Of a stretch of DNA of 64,000 bases, positions 29,563 to 39,340 are shown piece after piece (within the stretch, counting starts at the first letter, position 1; every line of letters starts with the position of its first letter). The notes under the pieces were generated by a model, which did no database searches, was not told the origin of the DNA, and saw only the letters and a list, made by a program, of their open reading frames with translations. A program made the translations under genes and the position numbers. Origin of the DNA: Candidatus Faecousia faecavium. GTDB taxonomy: Bacteria; Bacillota; Clostridia; Oscillospirales; Oscillospiraceae. The stretch lies in the NCBI GenBank assembly GCA_018712645.1, contig DVGO01000062.1, forward strand, positions 4,195 through 68,194, read 5' to 3'.

Positions 29563-31390
29563 TTTCCTGAGCACGGCGCTTCATCAGGTTGCGCATCCGC
29601 AGACCGTGATCCAGCTCCCGCTTACGAATCCGCAGGCTCTTGGGGGTGCATTCCAGCAGCTCGTCGTCTGCCAGGAATTCCAGGCACTGCTCCAGAGAGT
29701 AGTTCTTGGGAGGCGTCAGCCGCAGGGCTTCGTCGGAACCGGCGGCACGCATGTTGGTCAGCTGCTTGCGCTTACAGACGTTGACGGTCATGTCCTCATT
29801 CCGGCTGCAAATGCCCACCACCATACCGGCGTACACCGGGGTGCCGGGGCCAATGAACAGGCTGCCCCGCTCCTGAGCGGCGGCCAGACCGTAGGTCACA
29901 GCCTCGCCGGTTTCAAAGGCAATCAGAGAACCGGTGAGCCGGCGCTCAATTTCGCCCTTCATGGGGGCGTAGGTTTCCAGAACGGAGGACATGATGCCCT
30001 CGCCCCGGGTATCGGTCAAAAATTCGTTGCGGTAGCCGAACAGTCCCCGGGAAGGTACCAGGAACTCCAGACGGTAGCGGCTGCCCATGGGAGTCATACC
30101 CAGCAGGTCTGCCTTCCGGCGGCCCATCTTCTCAATCACCGCACCCATGCAGGCTTCCGGCACGTCAGCCACCATCCGCTCGATGGGCTCGCAGACCTTG
30201 CCGTCGATGACCTTGGTCAGCACACGGGGGGTGGATACAGAGAACTCGTAGCCTTCCCGGCGCATGGTTTCCATCAGGATGGACAGGTGCATTTCACCAC
30301 GGCCTGCCACGTTGAAGGCGTCGGTGCCCTGCTCAGTCACATGCAGGGACACGTCCTTCAGCAGTTCCTTTTCCAGACGATCCCGCAGATTCCGGGAGGT
30401 GACGAACTTGCCTTCCTTACCGGCGAAGGGGGAATCGTTGACGGCAAAAGTCATTTCAATGGTGGGGTCGGAGATCTTCACAAAGGGCAGGGCCTCCACG
30501 CACTCGGGAGCGCACAGGGTCCGGCCAATGGTGATGTCCGACATACCACTCAGGGCTACGATTTCACCGGCGCTGGCCTGCTGAATGGGATTCTTGCCCA
30601 GACCGTCAAACTCATACAGGGCAACCACTTTGCCCTTCTGCCGCACTTCCGGATCGTGGTAGTCGCAGATAGTCACTTCCTGGTTGACCCGGATGGTGCC
30701 CCGCTCCACACGGCCCACCGCAATCCGGCCCACATACTCATTGTAGTCAATGGAGGATACCAGCAGCTGCAGAGGGGCCTCTGCATCGCCCTGGGGTGCG
30801 GGGATATAGTTGACGATGGTTTCAAACAGGGGGGTCAGGTCGGTGCCTGCCACATCGGGGCCGTAGGAAGCGGTACCCTGACGGCCGGAGCAGAACACGG
30901 TGGGAGAATTGAACTGCTCGTCGGTGGCGTCCAGATCCAGCAGCAGCTCCAGAACTTCTTCCATGACTTCGGAAATCCGGGCGTCGGGCTTGTCAATCTT
31001 GTTAACGGCAACAATGACCTTGTGGCCCAGCTCCAAAGCCTTCTGCAGCACGAATCGGGTCTGGGGCATGGGGCCTTCGGCGGCATCCACCAGCAGGATA
31101 ACGCCGTTGACCATTTTCAGAATCCGTTCCACCTCGCCGCCAAAGTCGGCGTGGCCCGGGGTGTCCACGATGTTGATCTTATAATCTTTGTAGTGTACAG
31201 AGGTGTTCTTGGCCAGGATGGTGATGCCACGCTCCCGCTCCAGATCACCGGAGTCCATCACCCGTTCCACGGTGGCCTGATTTTCCCGGTAGATGCCGCC
31301 CTGCTTCAGCATCTCATCCACCAGGGTGGTCTTGCCATGGTCAACGTGGGCAATGATGGCGATATTTCGGATTTTCTCCTGAGGTACCAT
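29555..31390 (-). CDS. typA: Translational GTPase TypA/BipA
   Basis: AHVDHGKTT, ERERGITI, DTPGHADF, NKID, GRGEMHL, LTNMRAAG. Confidence 0.97.
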   Translation of the reverse strand: MVPQEKIRNIAIIAHVDHGKTTLVDEMLKQGGIYRENQATVERVMDSGDLERERGITILAKNTSVHYKDYKINIVDTPGHADFGGEVERILKMVNGVILLVDAAEGPMPQTRFVLQKALELGHKVIVAVNKIDKPDARISEVMEEVLELLLDLDATDEQFNSPTVFCSGRQGTASYGPDVAGTDLTPLFETIVNYIPAPQGDAEAPLQLLVSSIDYNEYVGRIAVGRVERGTIRVNQEVTICDYHDPEVRQKGKVVALYEFDGLGKNPIQQASAGEIVALSGMSDITIGRTLCAPECVEALPFVKISDPTIEMTFAVNDSPFAGKEGKFVTSRNLRDRLEKELLKDVSLHVTEQGTDAFNVAGRGEMHLSILMETMRREGYEFSVSTPRVLTKVIDGKVCEPIERMVADVPEACMGAVIEKMGRRKADLLGMTPMGSRYRLEFLVPSRGLFGYRNEFLTDTRGEGIMSSVLETYAPMKGEIERRLTGSLIAFETGEAVTYGLAAAQERGSLFIGPGTPVYAGMVVGICSRNEDMTVNVCKRKQLTNMRAAGSDEALRLTPPKNYSLEQCLEFLADDELLECTPKSLRIRKRELDHGLRMRNLMKRRAQENG

Positions 31391-31440
31391 ATAATAAACG
31401 CTCCTTCGGGTTGTTAGATCTTTGAAACTCTCAACTGAAA

Positions 31441-31469
31441 ATTATAGCACCTTACCAAAAGTTTTGCAA
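31441..31469 (-). promoter_or_regulatory. Sigma-A promoter of typA
   Basis: Minus strand TTGCAA-17 bp-TATAAT with extended TG. Confidence 0.8.
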
Positions 31470-31525
31470 GATATTTGGTGAAATTTACGAAGAAAAATTC
31501 TATTTTTCCCCTAGCGTGTACATGC

Positions 31526-31556
31526 AGAAAGCCTCTTTGCTTGCGCAAAGAGGCTT
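31526..31556 (-). terminator. Terminator ending the acs methyl-branch operon
   Basis: AAGCCTCTTTGC-4 nt-GCAAAGAGGCTT directly after the DUF3786 stop. Confidence 0.7.
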
Positions 31557-31561
31557 CTTGT

Positions 31562-32173
31562 TTAAAAGTACTGCTTGATGGTGGAAATCAGAATATCCCC
31601 GGCCACCACCCGGTCCTCGGCAGCAAAGCCCTCGGCAAAGTTGTCCGAGTAGAGCACCTGGGCATTGGGCGGGAACTCCTCGTCCCCTTCCCACACCAGC
31701 AGCTGCATCCGATAGCCGCCGATCAGGGCAAATTCATAGCCGGCATCCCCGTGAGCAATGGGCTGGGCGCCCATTTTCTCCGCCGCAGCCCGGAATGCTG
31801 CCACCCGGGTTCCGAAGGTGAAGGCCGCCCGGGTCAGCACCCGTCCGGTATAGGGCTGGATGTACATTTCCCCCCAGGGCATTTCCCGGAAGGTTTTCCA
31901 CTGGCCTGCCCAGAATACGTCCCGGCTTTCCAGCAGATAGCGCAGCAGGAAGGTCTGGGTGGGCAGAGGCGGCAGAGCGCCCCCATCCAGCGCCCGGATG
32001 GCGTAGTCCGGGTAGGAAATGGCAAAGGTTCTGCCAAGCATGGTCAGGGTAAATTCGTTGCCGTCCCAGGATACATCCTGCAGCCGCTGCTTTACGCTTT
32101 CCGGGTCTAACTGCCGGAATTTTTCCTGATAGTGGGCGAAGGGTACTTCTTCTTTGTGATTTTCAATCTGCAT
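31562..32173 (-). CDS. DUF3786 protein (commonly found in acs/corrinoid clusters)
   Basis: LLRYLL, WKTFREMPWG, WEGDEEFPP, AED motifs. Confidence 0.85.
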   Translation of the reverse strand: MQIENHKEEVPFAHYQEKFRQLDPESVKQRLQDVSWDGNEFTLTMLGRTFAISYPDYAIRALDGGALPPLPTQTFLLRYLLESRDVFWAGQWKTFREMPWGEMYIQPYTGRVLTRAAFTFGTRVAAFRAAAEKMGAQPIAHGDAGYEFALIGGYRMQLLVWEGDEEFPPNAQVLYSDNFAEGFAAEDRVVAGDILISTIKQYF

Positions 32174-32217
32174 ATTGGTTCCTCTTGTATTGTCAGTCTG
32201 TATCGCAGGTATTACCT

Positions 32218-32598
32218 TTATTCGTGCAGTTCTAAGGGCAGACCGTCCGGGTCCCGGAAGAAGGTCATCCGGCGATTGGTATAGGGGTCTACACGGATGG
32301 GTTCCGTTTCAATGCCTTTGTCACGCAGCCACGCCGCTGCCGTTTTCACATTGTCCACGTGGAACGCCAGGTGCCGCAGCCCCCGGGCTTCCGGATTGGT
32401 GACGCGGGCAGGGGGATTCTCCTCCACAAACAGTTCTGCCTCCACGTCCCCGATCCTTAGGGTCAGGATATAGTCCCGCCGCTCCGGGCGGTAGACTTCC
32501 CGCACCAGAGGAAGTTCCAGTTTATTTACATAAAACTCTTTGGACGCGGCATAATCCGAAGCAATGATGGCCACATGGTGGATCCGATCCAGCTGCAT
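32218..32598 (-). CDS. VOC/glyoxalase family protein (YaeR-like)
   Basis: IHHVAII, SKEFYV, GLRHLAFHV, FFRDPDGLPLELHE; AGGAG RBS. Confidence 0.9.
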   Translation of the reverse strand: MQLDRIHHVAIIASDYAASKEFYVNKLELPLVREVYRPERRDYILTLRIGDVEAELFVEENPPARVTNPEARGLRHLAFHVDNVKTAAAWLRDKGIETEPIRVDPYTNRRMTFFRDPDGLPLELHE

Positions 32599-32599
32599 G

Positions 32600-34525
32600 T
32601 TACTTCTCCTGCACGCTGTTGGGGAACAGCCGGGCATCGGTATGGGGCAGGAAGCAAGCTGCCACAAAGGAATCCATGTACCCAGGATAGGTGCTCAGTT
32701 CCAGATAAGTCATGTTGGCAGCCACCTCGGCAGTCTTGGCAGCAGCTTCATCGCTGACCACCATGGCGTAGGCGCCGCTGAGGGAGGAGTTGCCGATGTA
32801 ATGGAACTTACTCAGGTCCACATCCGGGAACATGCCGATGTTCACCGCGTTTTTCATATTGATGCCGCTGCCGATGCCGCCGGCCACATAGACGCTGTCA
32901 ATCATATCCACCGTCATATCCACGCTTTTGAGCAGGGTATCAATGGCGGAGAAAATAGCGCCTTTGGCCCGGATAAAGTTGTCGATATCTACTTCATTGA
33001 TGGAGATTTCCCGACCGGTTTCACTTTCCTCAGCCGTAGCCAGCACATAGCGGCCCATGCCGTGGCTGTCCCGCTTTACCCGGCTGCCTTCCCGAACGAA
33101 CAGTCCCTTGGCATTGATGATGCTGGTACGGAACAGCTCAGAAATGATATCGATGATGCCGCTGCCGCAGATGCCCACCGGCTTCTGCCCCGGGTCGCCT
33201 ACAATGCTCAAAGTGGGTTCCATGGTGGTTTTGTCAATGGTGCAGGCCTCCACTGCGCCGTCGGTGGCCCGCATGCCGCAGGAAATATCGCCGCCTTCAA
33301 AGGCGGGACCTGCCGAGCAGGCGCAGCTAATCAGGAAGTCCCGGTTGCCGAAGACGATTTCGCCGTTGGTGCCCAGGTCAATGAACAGGCTCATTTCGTC
33401 CTTGTCCCAGATGCCGGAGGCCAGGGTACCGGCGGTGATGTCGCCGCCTACATACGAGCCGATGTTGGGAGCAATCAGCACCGGAGCCATGGGGTTGGCC
33501 AGCAGGTTTACATCCCCTGCCCGCATTCCCTCCCAGGCGAAGAAACTGGGAACGTAAGGCTCCATCCGGACAGACTCCGCATCCACGCCCACGAACAGGT
33601 GGTTCATGGTGGTGTTGGCGCCCACCGCCAGGCGCAGAATGTCCCGTTTGGTAATGCCGGCGCTCTTGCACAGGTTGCCCAGGATAGGATTCAGGGTTTC
33701 CTTGATAATGGCCTTTTGCAGCTTGACCCGACCGCCGGGACGGCCCTGTTCGATGATCCGGTTGATAACGTCAGCGCCGTAGCGGATCTGACCATTGCCG
33801 GAAGAGCCCTTGGCCAGAATCTTGCCGGTAGCCAGATCCGTCAGCACCATAGTCACGGTGGTGGTGCCGATGTCAATGGCGGCGCCTACAATGGCGGTAT
33901 CGTCTTTGCCGCAGATTTCCATGCAGCAGAAGGTGTCTTCCTTGCGGTAGCCCTTGACGCAGACGGAGAAATTCTCTTCTCGCAAGGTTGCGGCAAGCTT
34001 TACCATCACGCAGTAAGGAATCTCCACCTGGGATACCCCCAGAGCATCCTCAATGGCCCAGGTCAGCCGTTCATTGTCCGGCATGGTATCGTCCAGAGTG
34101 GGAGCAGCCAGGTCCAGCTGCACCGCCAGGAAGGGATTTTCAAAGCGGATGCCGCTTTCCTTCAGCTGCTCCTGGCACTCCTGGAAAATGGCAATTTCCT
34201 TGGGACTGCTCAGGTCGGCGGTTTTCATCCGGGACTGGTATGCGCTGGCAATATCCGGCACGAATACCGTGCAGTCGCCAACGATGCGGCAGTTGCAGCT
34301 GAGGCGCCAGCCGGCTTCGTACTCTTCATCGCTGATATGACGGCTCTGTATGGATTCCAACTCTCCCTCAACCAGCTGAACACGGCATTTGCCGCAGGAG
34401 CCGTTGCCGGAGCAAGGTGCGTCGATGGCCACATTGGCCCGCCGGGCCAATTCCAGCAGATTATCTCCGGCGTTGCAATCGATGGTTACGGGATTGGCTC
34501 CCTGGATTTGGAAGGTTACTTTCAT
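32600..34525 (-). CDS. acsV: Reductive activator of corrinoid protein (AcsV/RACo; 2Fe-2S plus ASKHA ATPase)
   Basis: CSGNGSCGKC...RLSC 2Fe-2S motif, DIGTTT, GADVINRI, DLGTNGE, CSAGPAFEG, GICGSG. Confidence 0.92.
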   Translation of the reverse strand: MKVTFQIQGANPVTIDCNAGDNLLELARRANVAIDAPCSGNGSCGKCRVQLVEGELESIQSRHISDEEYEAGWRLSCNCRIVGDCTVFVPDIASAYQSRMKTADLSSPKEIAIFQECQEQLKESGIRFENPFLAVQLDLAAPTLDDTMPDNERLTWAIEDALGVSQVEIPYCVMVKLAATLREENFSVCVKGYRKEDTFCCMEICGKDDTAIVGAAIDIGTTTVTMVLTDLATGKILAKGSSGNGQIRYGADVINRIIEQGRPGGRVKLQKAIIKETLNPILGNLCKSAGITKRDILRLAVGANTTMNHLFVGVDAESVRMEPYVPSFFAWEGMRAGDVNLLANPMAPVLIAPNIGSYVGGDITAGTLASGIWDKDEMSLFIDLGTNGEIVFGNRDFLISCACSAGPAFEGGDISCGMRATDGAVEACTIDKTTMEPTLSIVGDPGQKPVGICGSGIIDIISELFRTSIINAKGLFVREGSRVKRDSHGMGRYVLATAEESETGREISINEVDIDNFIRAKGAIFSAIDTLLKSVDMTVDMIDSVYVAGGIGSGINMKNAVNIGMFPDVDLSKFHYIGNSSLSGAYAMVVSDEAAAKTAEVAANMTYLELSTYPGYMDSFVAACFLPHTDARLFPNSVQEK

Positions 34526-34611
34526 ACACGCAAGTCCTTTCGATAATTTGATTGTTTGTTTGCTTCCGGCTGCCCCAGCCGGTTTATGATGCACCCCGCC
34601 GAAAGACGGGT

Positions 34612-35040
34612 CTATGGTTTCTTCTTTTTTGCTGTCTGACGTTTCAGCTGACCTGCCAGCTGTGAAAATTCCTCACAGCTGTTGTCGAGGGTGTATTCTT
34701 CGTCGGTTTTTGCGATTTTTATCGTCAGGCGTTTCATTTTGGCCACGCTGGTGGTGGCTTTTCCGGTGCTGTCAAAGCCCTGAAGCTTCTTGATTTTGCC
34801 AAAGGGATAGGCCAGAAACCCATCCTTGGTATCCAGCAGCAATCGCCGGGAGGTCAGAATCCAGCGGCTGCCATGGTTGGGACAGATCACCTTAATGGTC
34901 TCCCGGGGCTGCAGCACCGTCTCCAGCTTCCGGGTAAAGTCCCGCTCTTTTCGTTTGCGTTTTTTCACGACGGCAGATCGGATTGCCAGCAAAAAGACAA
35001 TCACAGCGGCAAATCCGGACAAATACTGCCAATATTCCAT
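34612..35040 (-). CDS. Small membrane-anchored protein with bacterial PH-like domain
   Basis: N-terminal TM, LQPRETI...WILTSRRLLL pattern; AGGAGAGGA RBS. Confidence 0.7.
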   Translation of the reverse strand: MEYWQYLSGFAAVIVFLLAIRSAVVKKRKRKERDFTRKLETVLQPRETIKVICPNHGSRWILTSRRLLLDTKDGFLAYPFGKIKKLQGFDSTGKATTSVAKMKRLTIKIAKTDEEYTLDNSCEEFSQLAGQLKRQTAKKKKP

Positions 35041-35140
35041 TGTCCATTCCTCTCCTGGGGGTAATATACAAAGGGGCTGGGAGGGAGGTTCCCTCCCAGC
35101 CGTAAATGCGTGGGATTCGTTCTGTTACTGTAGTCCTGCC

Positions 35141-37417
35141 TTACAGATCCAGGTAGGAGTCGGAGTACAGAACGTGGTTCTTGAAGATGTCGCAGGACTT
35201 GATGGTCTCCATCAGGCGCAGGTCGCAGGGGTTGACGATTGCGGAGGTCAGACCCTGCATCATAGCCATGGCAACCAGAGCGGAGTCCATGATGGGACGG
35301 ACGTTCTTGGGAGCGCCGTTGGAGTTGTTGGACAGACCGCCGGTGGACTTCAGGCCTTCGTCAGCGAACAGCTTGATGGCGTTCAGCACGTCCATCTGCT
35401 TGTCCTGCATACCCTTGACAACCAGGAACAGGGGGTCGAACCACAGGTCGTCGGAGGTCATGCCCAGGCTCAGGCCGCGCTCGAGCATATTGTGGCAGTG
35501 CTTCATGCGCTCTTCGTTGTCCTTTGCAATGCCGTCGGCAGAGCACAGTGCGATACAAATAGCGTCGTTGGCAGCAGCCAGGTCGATGTAGGAGATACGG
35601 GAGCCGGCGTCAGCGGAGTTGACGATGGGCTTGCCGTTGGCACGGTTGTAAACCTTGATACCGGCTTCGATAGCCTTCTTGTTGGCGGTATCCAGAGCCA
35701 GAGGCACGTTGTTGAAGTTCTCCTGCAGCAGCTTGACAGCCCACATCATACGCTCGGGACCGTCCTTCTCAGCAGGTCCGATGTTGACGTCCAGGTAGGT
35801 AGCGCCGGCAGCGATCTGCTCAGCAGCACGCTTCAGGATAGGAGCGGGATCGCGCTCGTCCATAGCCTTGCGGATAGCGGGAGAGATGCAGTGGATCCGT
35901 TCGCCGATGGTGACGAAGGTCTTGCTCTCGGGGTTGTGGCCCTTGTAGCTGACGCCCATGTCCACAACTTCGATGGCGGGCACCTTGGTAGCCAGCAGCT
36001 CGTCGAAGGACAGCTCCTTGACCTCTTCGGCGGGAGCAGCAGCGGCCCGGGCAGCAGCCTCAGCGGCAGCAACCTTAGCAGCGGCTTCGTATTCCTTATC
36101 CTTCATGTACTTGGGCAGCTGCACAGCCTCGGTAGGACCAACAACCACATGCCAGTCAGGCAGCTTCTCCTGAATTTCGCCCTTCATAACGGCAACCTTG
36201 CCGGGGATAATCAGGGTACGGTTCTTGATCTTGTTGGCGATGTCCAGCTCCTCGAAGGTCTTCTTGACGGAGGAGGAGGAGAACTTGCCGGCAGCCCAGG
36301 CAGTCAGAACGGACATGCCGGAAGCGTCGGTGATGATCAGGTTCACAGGCTGGTTGGAACGCTCCAGTTCGCCGGAAACCAGGAAGTAGGTCAGAGCAAA
36401 GTCCACGGTCAGAGCGCAGGGGCTGTTCTCGTCGGCGCCGTTCAGGGGGTAGATCTTGGCTTCCACCTTCATGGGCTTCTGAGGATCGGTGAAGATGTTC
36501 TGACGCAGACCGTACAGAGGCAGAGCCTGAGCGTAGGTCATGTTCTCCATGACGATGATGGAAGCGTACTTCTCCACGAACATGGAAGCGTAAGCGGTCT
36601 GCAGGCGGTCGTCGCCCTGAGCCAGCTTGGCCAGGTTCACGATGGAGGGATAGCCGAAGGAACGGTCGCCATCCTTCAGAGCGGTGCGGCGCACCAGAAC
36701 AGCGTTGGCCAGGGTCTCCTTGGCGGTCTTGCCGGTGACATCCAGAACCAGGTTCTTGTTGCCCTTGGCTTCCAGATTCTTCACGGTGTCGTACAGATCG
36801 GACAGGTTCTCAGCCCAAACGCCCAGGGTCACACCAGCAGCGGTGGCAACCTCGCTCAGGGCTTCCCAGTTGGCGGGAGTAGCGCCGTCCAGGATCACGT
36901 CCTTGCCGGCAACTGCCAGAGCAGCCTTGGCGCACTCAGCGTCCCAGCACTCCAGTACCAGGCTGCGGCCGGTAGCAGCAGCCTTCTCCACCAGCTTGGT
37001 GTAAGCAGCGGCGTCACTGCCGGTGTTGCGGACGAACAGGAACTCAACGTACATCCGCTCGCCGATACGCTCGTAGTCAACCTTTGCCATTTCGGCCAGC
37101 TTGGCGTCAACCTCAGCCTCGCTCATGTCGGTGCTGATGGCAACGGCAAACAGGTTCTTATTCACCAGGGTCTTCTCGTGACGGTACAGAACAGTCTCGC
37201 CGCCCATCTTGTGATCACCAACGGTGATGGTCTTCATGGGAGGTGCAGTCTGCTCGTTGAGCATTGCCTTAGCCTCGTCAGAGAAGTAGGGGCACTTGTC
37301 GATGGAAACAGCGCCCTGAGCCACCTTCATGCAGAAAGCCATACAGGTGGGGCTGCCGCACTCCTTACAGTTCTTCTTAGGAGACAGCTTAAAAATGTCA
37401 AGACCTTTCAAAGCCAT
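35141..37417 (-). CDS. acsC-acsE: Fusion: corrinoid Fe-S protein large subunit AcsC + methyl-THF:CoFeSP methyltransferase AcsE
   Basis: N-terminal CKECGSPTC...CP 4Fe-4S motif, LRQNIFTDPQKP, VLTAWAAGKF; Ala-rich linker; then IGERIH, LDVNIG, LALDT, IVNS, WFDPL, GLSN pterin-binding barrel. Single 758-aa ORF. Confidence 0.92.
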   Translation of the reverse strand: MALKGLDIFKLSPKKNCKECGSPTCMAFCMKVAQGAVSIDKCPYFSDEAKAMLNEQTAPPMKTITVGDHKMGGETVLYRHEKTLVNKNLFAVAISTDMSEAEVDAKLAEMAKVDYERIGERMYVEFLFVRNTGSDAAAYTKLVEKAAATGRSLVLECWDAECAKAALAVAGKDVILDGATPANWEALSEVATAAGVTLGVWAENLSDLYDTVKNLEAKGNKNLVLDVTGKTAKETLANAVLVRRTALKDGDRSFGYPSIVNLAKLAQGDDRLQTAYASMFVEKYASIIVMENMTYAQALPLYGLRQNIFTDPQKPMKVEAKIYPLNGADENSPCALTVDFALTYFLVSGELERSNQPVNLIITDASGMSVLTAWAAGKFSSSSVKKTFEELDIANKIKNRTLIIPGKVAVMKGEIQEKLPDWHVVVGPTEAVQLPKYMKDKEYEAAAKVAAAEAAARAAAAPAEEVKELSFDELLATKVPAIEVVDMGVSYKGHNPESKTFVTIGERIHCISPAIRKAMDERDPAPILKRAAEQIAAGATYLDVNIGPAEKDGPERMMWAVKLLQENFNNVPLALDTANKKAIEAGIKVYNRANGKPIVNSADAGSRISYIDLAAANDAICIALCSADGIAKDNEERMKHCHNMLERGLSLGMTSDDLWFDPLFLVVKGMQDKQMDVLNAIKLFADEGLKSTGGLSNNSNGAPKNVRPIMDSALVAMAMMQGLTSAIVNPCDLRLMETIKSCDIFKNHVLYSDSYLDL

Positions 37418-37438
37418 TGTATGTATCCTCCTTCCGAA

Positions 37439-38380
37439 TTAGACAAGTTCCGTGATGAACTTCTTGATGGTAGCAATGGCAGCGGGATGGCGCATAATCA
37501 CAGCGTCAGCACCGCCGGTCAGGTTGGCAGCGGCAGTGGAGACTTCCATCTCGATAGCGCGCTCTTCCTGGCAGCCCCAGGCGGGTTCATCTTCTTCGGA
37601 AGCGGTGGACTCCTTCACACTCCAGCTGTCGGGAGACACGGGAGCCACAATGGGCATCTGCAGATCGGCATCGGACTGAGCCAGAGCAGCCAGACGGACA
37701 CGGTCCAGAGTGGAAGCCACATACTCAAAGCCGTAGCCAACAGCAGCGGTACCAATGTTCATAACGATGTTTTCAGGAGCGATGGACAGGCCCTTGAGCA
37801 TGATGTTCAGCTGCTTAGCCAGGTTGATGTCGTCAGCGGTTTCAGCGCCGACCTTCTGGCCGTAAGCCAGAACAGCGGAAGCACCCACGGTCTTGTAGTC
37901 CTCGTTCTTGGCGGACATGACCAGGATGTTCTTGCCCTGCAGAGCCTCGGAGATCTTGGAGAACAGCTCGCCGTCCTTCTCCATATTCTTGCAGCCCATA
38001 ATGACGATGGGCATGGAAACAGCCTCGGCAACAGCCTTGGCATCAGCCACGCACTCGGCAACGGAGCGGTTGGCACCGTTGGGGTCAGCGGACTCAAAGT
38101 GCAGGCACAGGAAGTCAACACCGGGCATGGTCTCAGCCTTCTTGGCGTAGTCAGCCATGGTGGAGCAGCCAGCGTAGAACTCCTTCAGAGCAGGAGCGTT
38201 CCAGGAACCCGCCAGGTCGGAAATTTCCACGCCAATCTTGGGTGCGTTTTCGATGGGTGCATCGAAGGTGTAAAACGGCATCACGTTCTGGCCGCCGATG
38301 ACGATTGCCTTGTCACCGGTACCCAGGGTCACGGCATTGATCTTGCCGCTGAAGGGAGCCGTCTTGGGAGTGAAAGCCAT
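37439..38380 (-). CDS. acsD: Corrinoid Fe-S protein small subunit
   Basis: IGGQNVMPFYTFD, DINLAKQLN, AVGYGFEY, RVRLAAL..DADLQMP, MRHP. Confidence 0.93.
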   Translation of the reverse strand: MAFTPKTAPFSGKINAVTLGTGDKAIVIGGQNVMPFYTFDAPIENAPKIGVEISDLAGSWNAPALKEFYAGCSTMADYAKKAETMPGVDFLCLHFESADPNGANRSVAECVADAKAVAEAVSMPIVIMGCKNMEKDGELFSKISEALQGKNILVMSAKNEDYKTVGASAVLAYGQKVGAETADDINLAKQLNIMLKGLSIAPENIVMNIGTAAVGYGFEYVASTLDRVRLAALAQSDADLQMPIVAPVSPDSWSVKESTASEEDEPAWGCQEERAIEMEVSTAAANLTGGADAVIMRHPAAIATIKKFITELV

Positions 38381-38476
38381 AATGAATTATCCCCCTTGTT
38401 TTTTGATAAATAAAATGGGCTTTTTAATCATGCGCCGTGCCGGAGGCATAGCGCAGCAATTACGGAAACAGTCGGC

Positions 38477-39244
38477 TTACAGGCCGATTTTCTGCATGAT
38501 TTCCTTCAATGCGGTCTTCATGGGGTCGTTTTCCGGCAGGCGGGCAGAGGGGCTGCCGTCGCAGTCGCAGCGGTAAACCGCCTCGTCGTGAGGCAGCACG
38601 CCGAACAGCTTCAGGCCATGCTTTTCAATCTCTTCCCGGATACCGTCATCCAGCGCGCCGTCCGGCGCACGGTTGATGATCAGACCCATCTGGCCGGGAT
38701 TCAGGTTCATCTCCCCGATCATCTCGGCAATCCGTGCCACTGCCTGGACGCCCCGGCGGGAGCAGTCGGAGATCAGCAGCATGGTGTCCACATGGGGCAG
38801 GGTTCCCCGGGCGATATGCTCCAGGCCTGCCTCATTGTCCATGACCACATAGGAATAGTTGGCGGCATATTTCGCCACCTGGGACTGGAGCACGCCGTTG
38901 ACATAGCAATAGCAGCCCTTGCCCTGGGTCCGACCCATGACCAGCATATCAAAGTCGTCATCCTCGATCAGGGCGGAATTGAACTTCAGCTCGGCGTATT
39001 CGGCCTTGGTCATGCCCTTGGGGATGGTGCCTTTCAGCTCTGCCTGTGCCATTTCCTCCCGGATCTGGCCCAGAGAGGTCTCCACCTCCACGCCCAGAAC
39101 TTCGTTCAGGTTGGAGTTGGCGTCAGCGTCCACCACCAGGACGGGGCCGTTCTTCTTTTTGCACAGGTAGTCAATCAGCATGCCGCAGGTGGTGGTTTTG
39201 CCCACACCGCCCTTACCGGCAACGGCAATGGTATGAGGTGCCAT
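38477..39244 (-). CDS. cooC: CooC/AcsF family nickel-insertion ATPase
   Basis: Deviant Walker A GKGGVGKTT, VDADANSNL, GCYC metal motif, DNEAGLEH. Confidence 0.9.
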   Translation of the reverse strand: MAPHTIAVAGKGGVGKTTTCGMLIDYLCKKKNGPVLVVDADANSNLNEVLGVEVETSLGQIREEMAQAELKGTIPKGMTKAEYAELKFNSALIEDDDFDMLVMGRTQGKGCYCYVNGVLQSQVAKYAANYSYVVMDNEAGLEHIARGTLPHVDTMLLISDCSRRGVQAVARIAEMIGEMNLNPGQMGLIINRAPDGALDDGIREEIEKHGLKLFGVLPHDEAVYRCDCDGSPSARLPENDPMKTALKEIMQKIGL

Positions 39245-39340
39245 AGTTTCGGTTCTCCTTAAGATAGAAAATTGCGTAAAATCAGGTTACGAATCCTGCC
39301 CCCGAAGGGGCAAGATTCGTTTGGTATGGAACTGAGGCGA

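Noticed and set aside
35141-37417. HgcA mercury methylase
   Set aside because: Cap helix is VLTAWAAGKF, not NVWCAAGK; no TM domain and no hgcB ferredoxin; acsD is adjacent.
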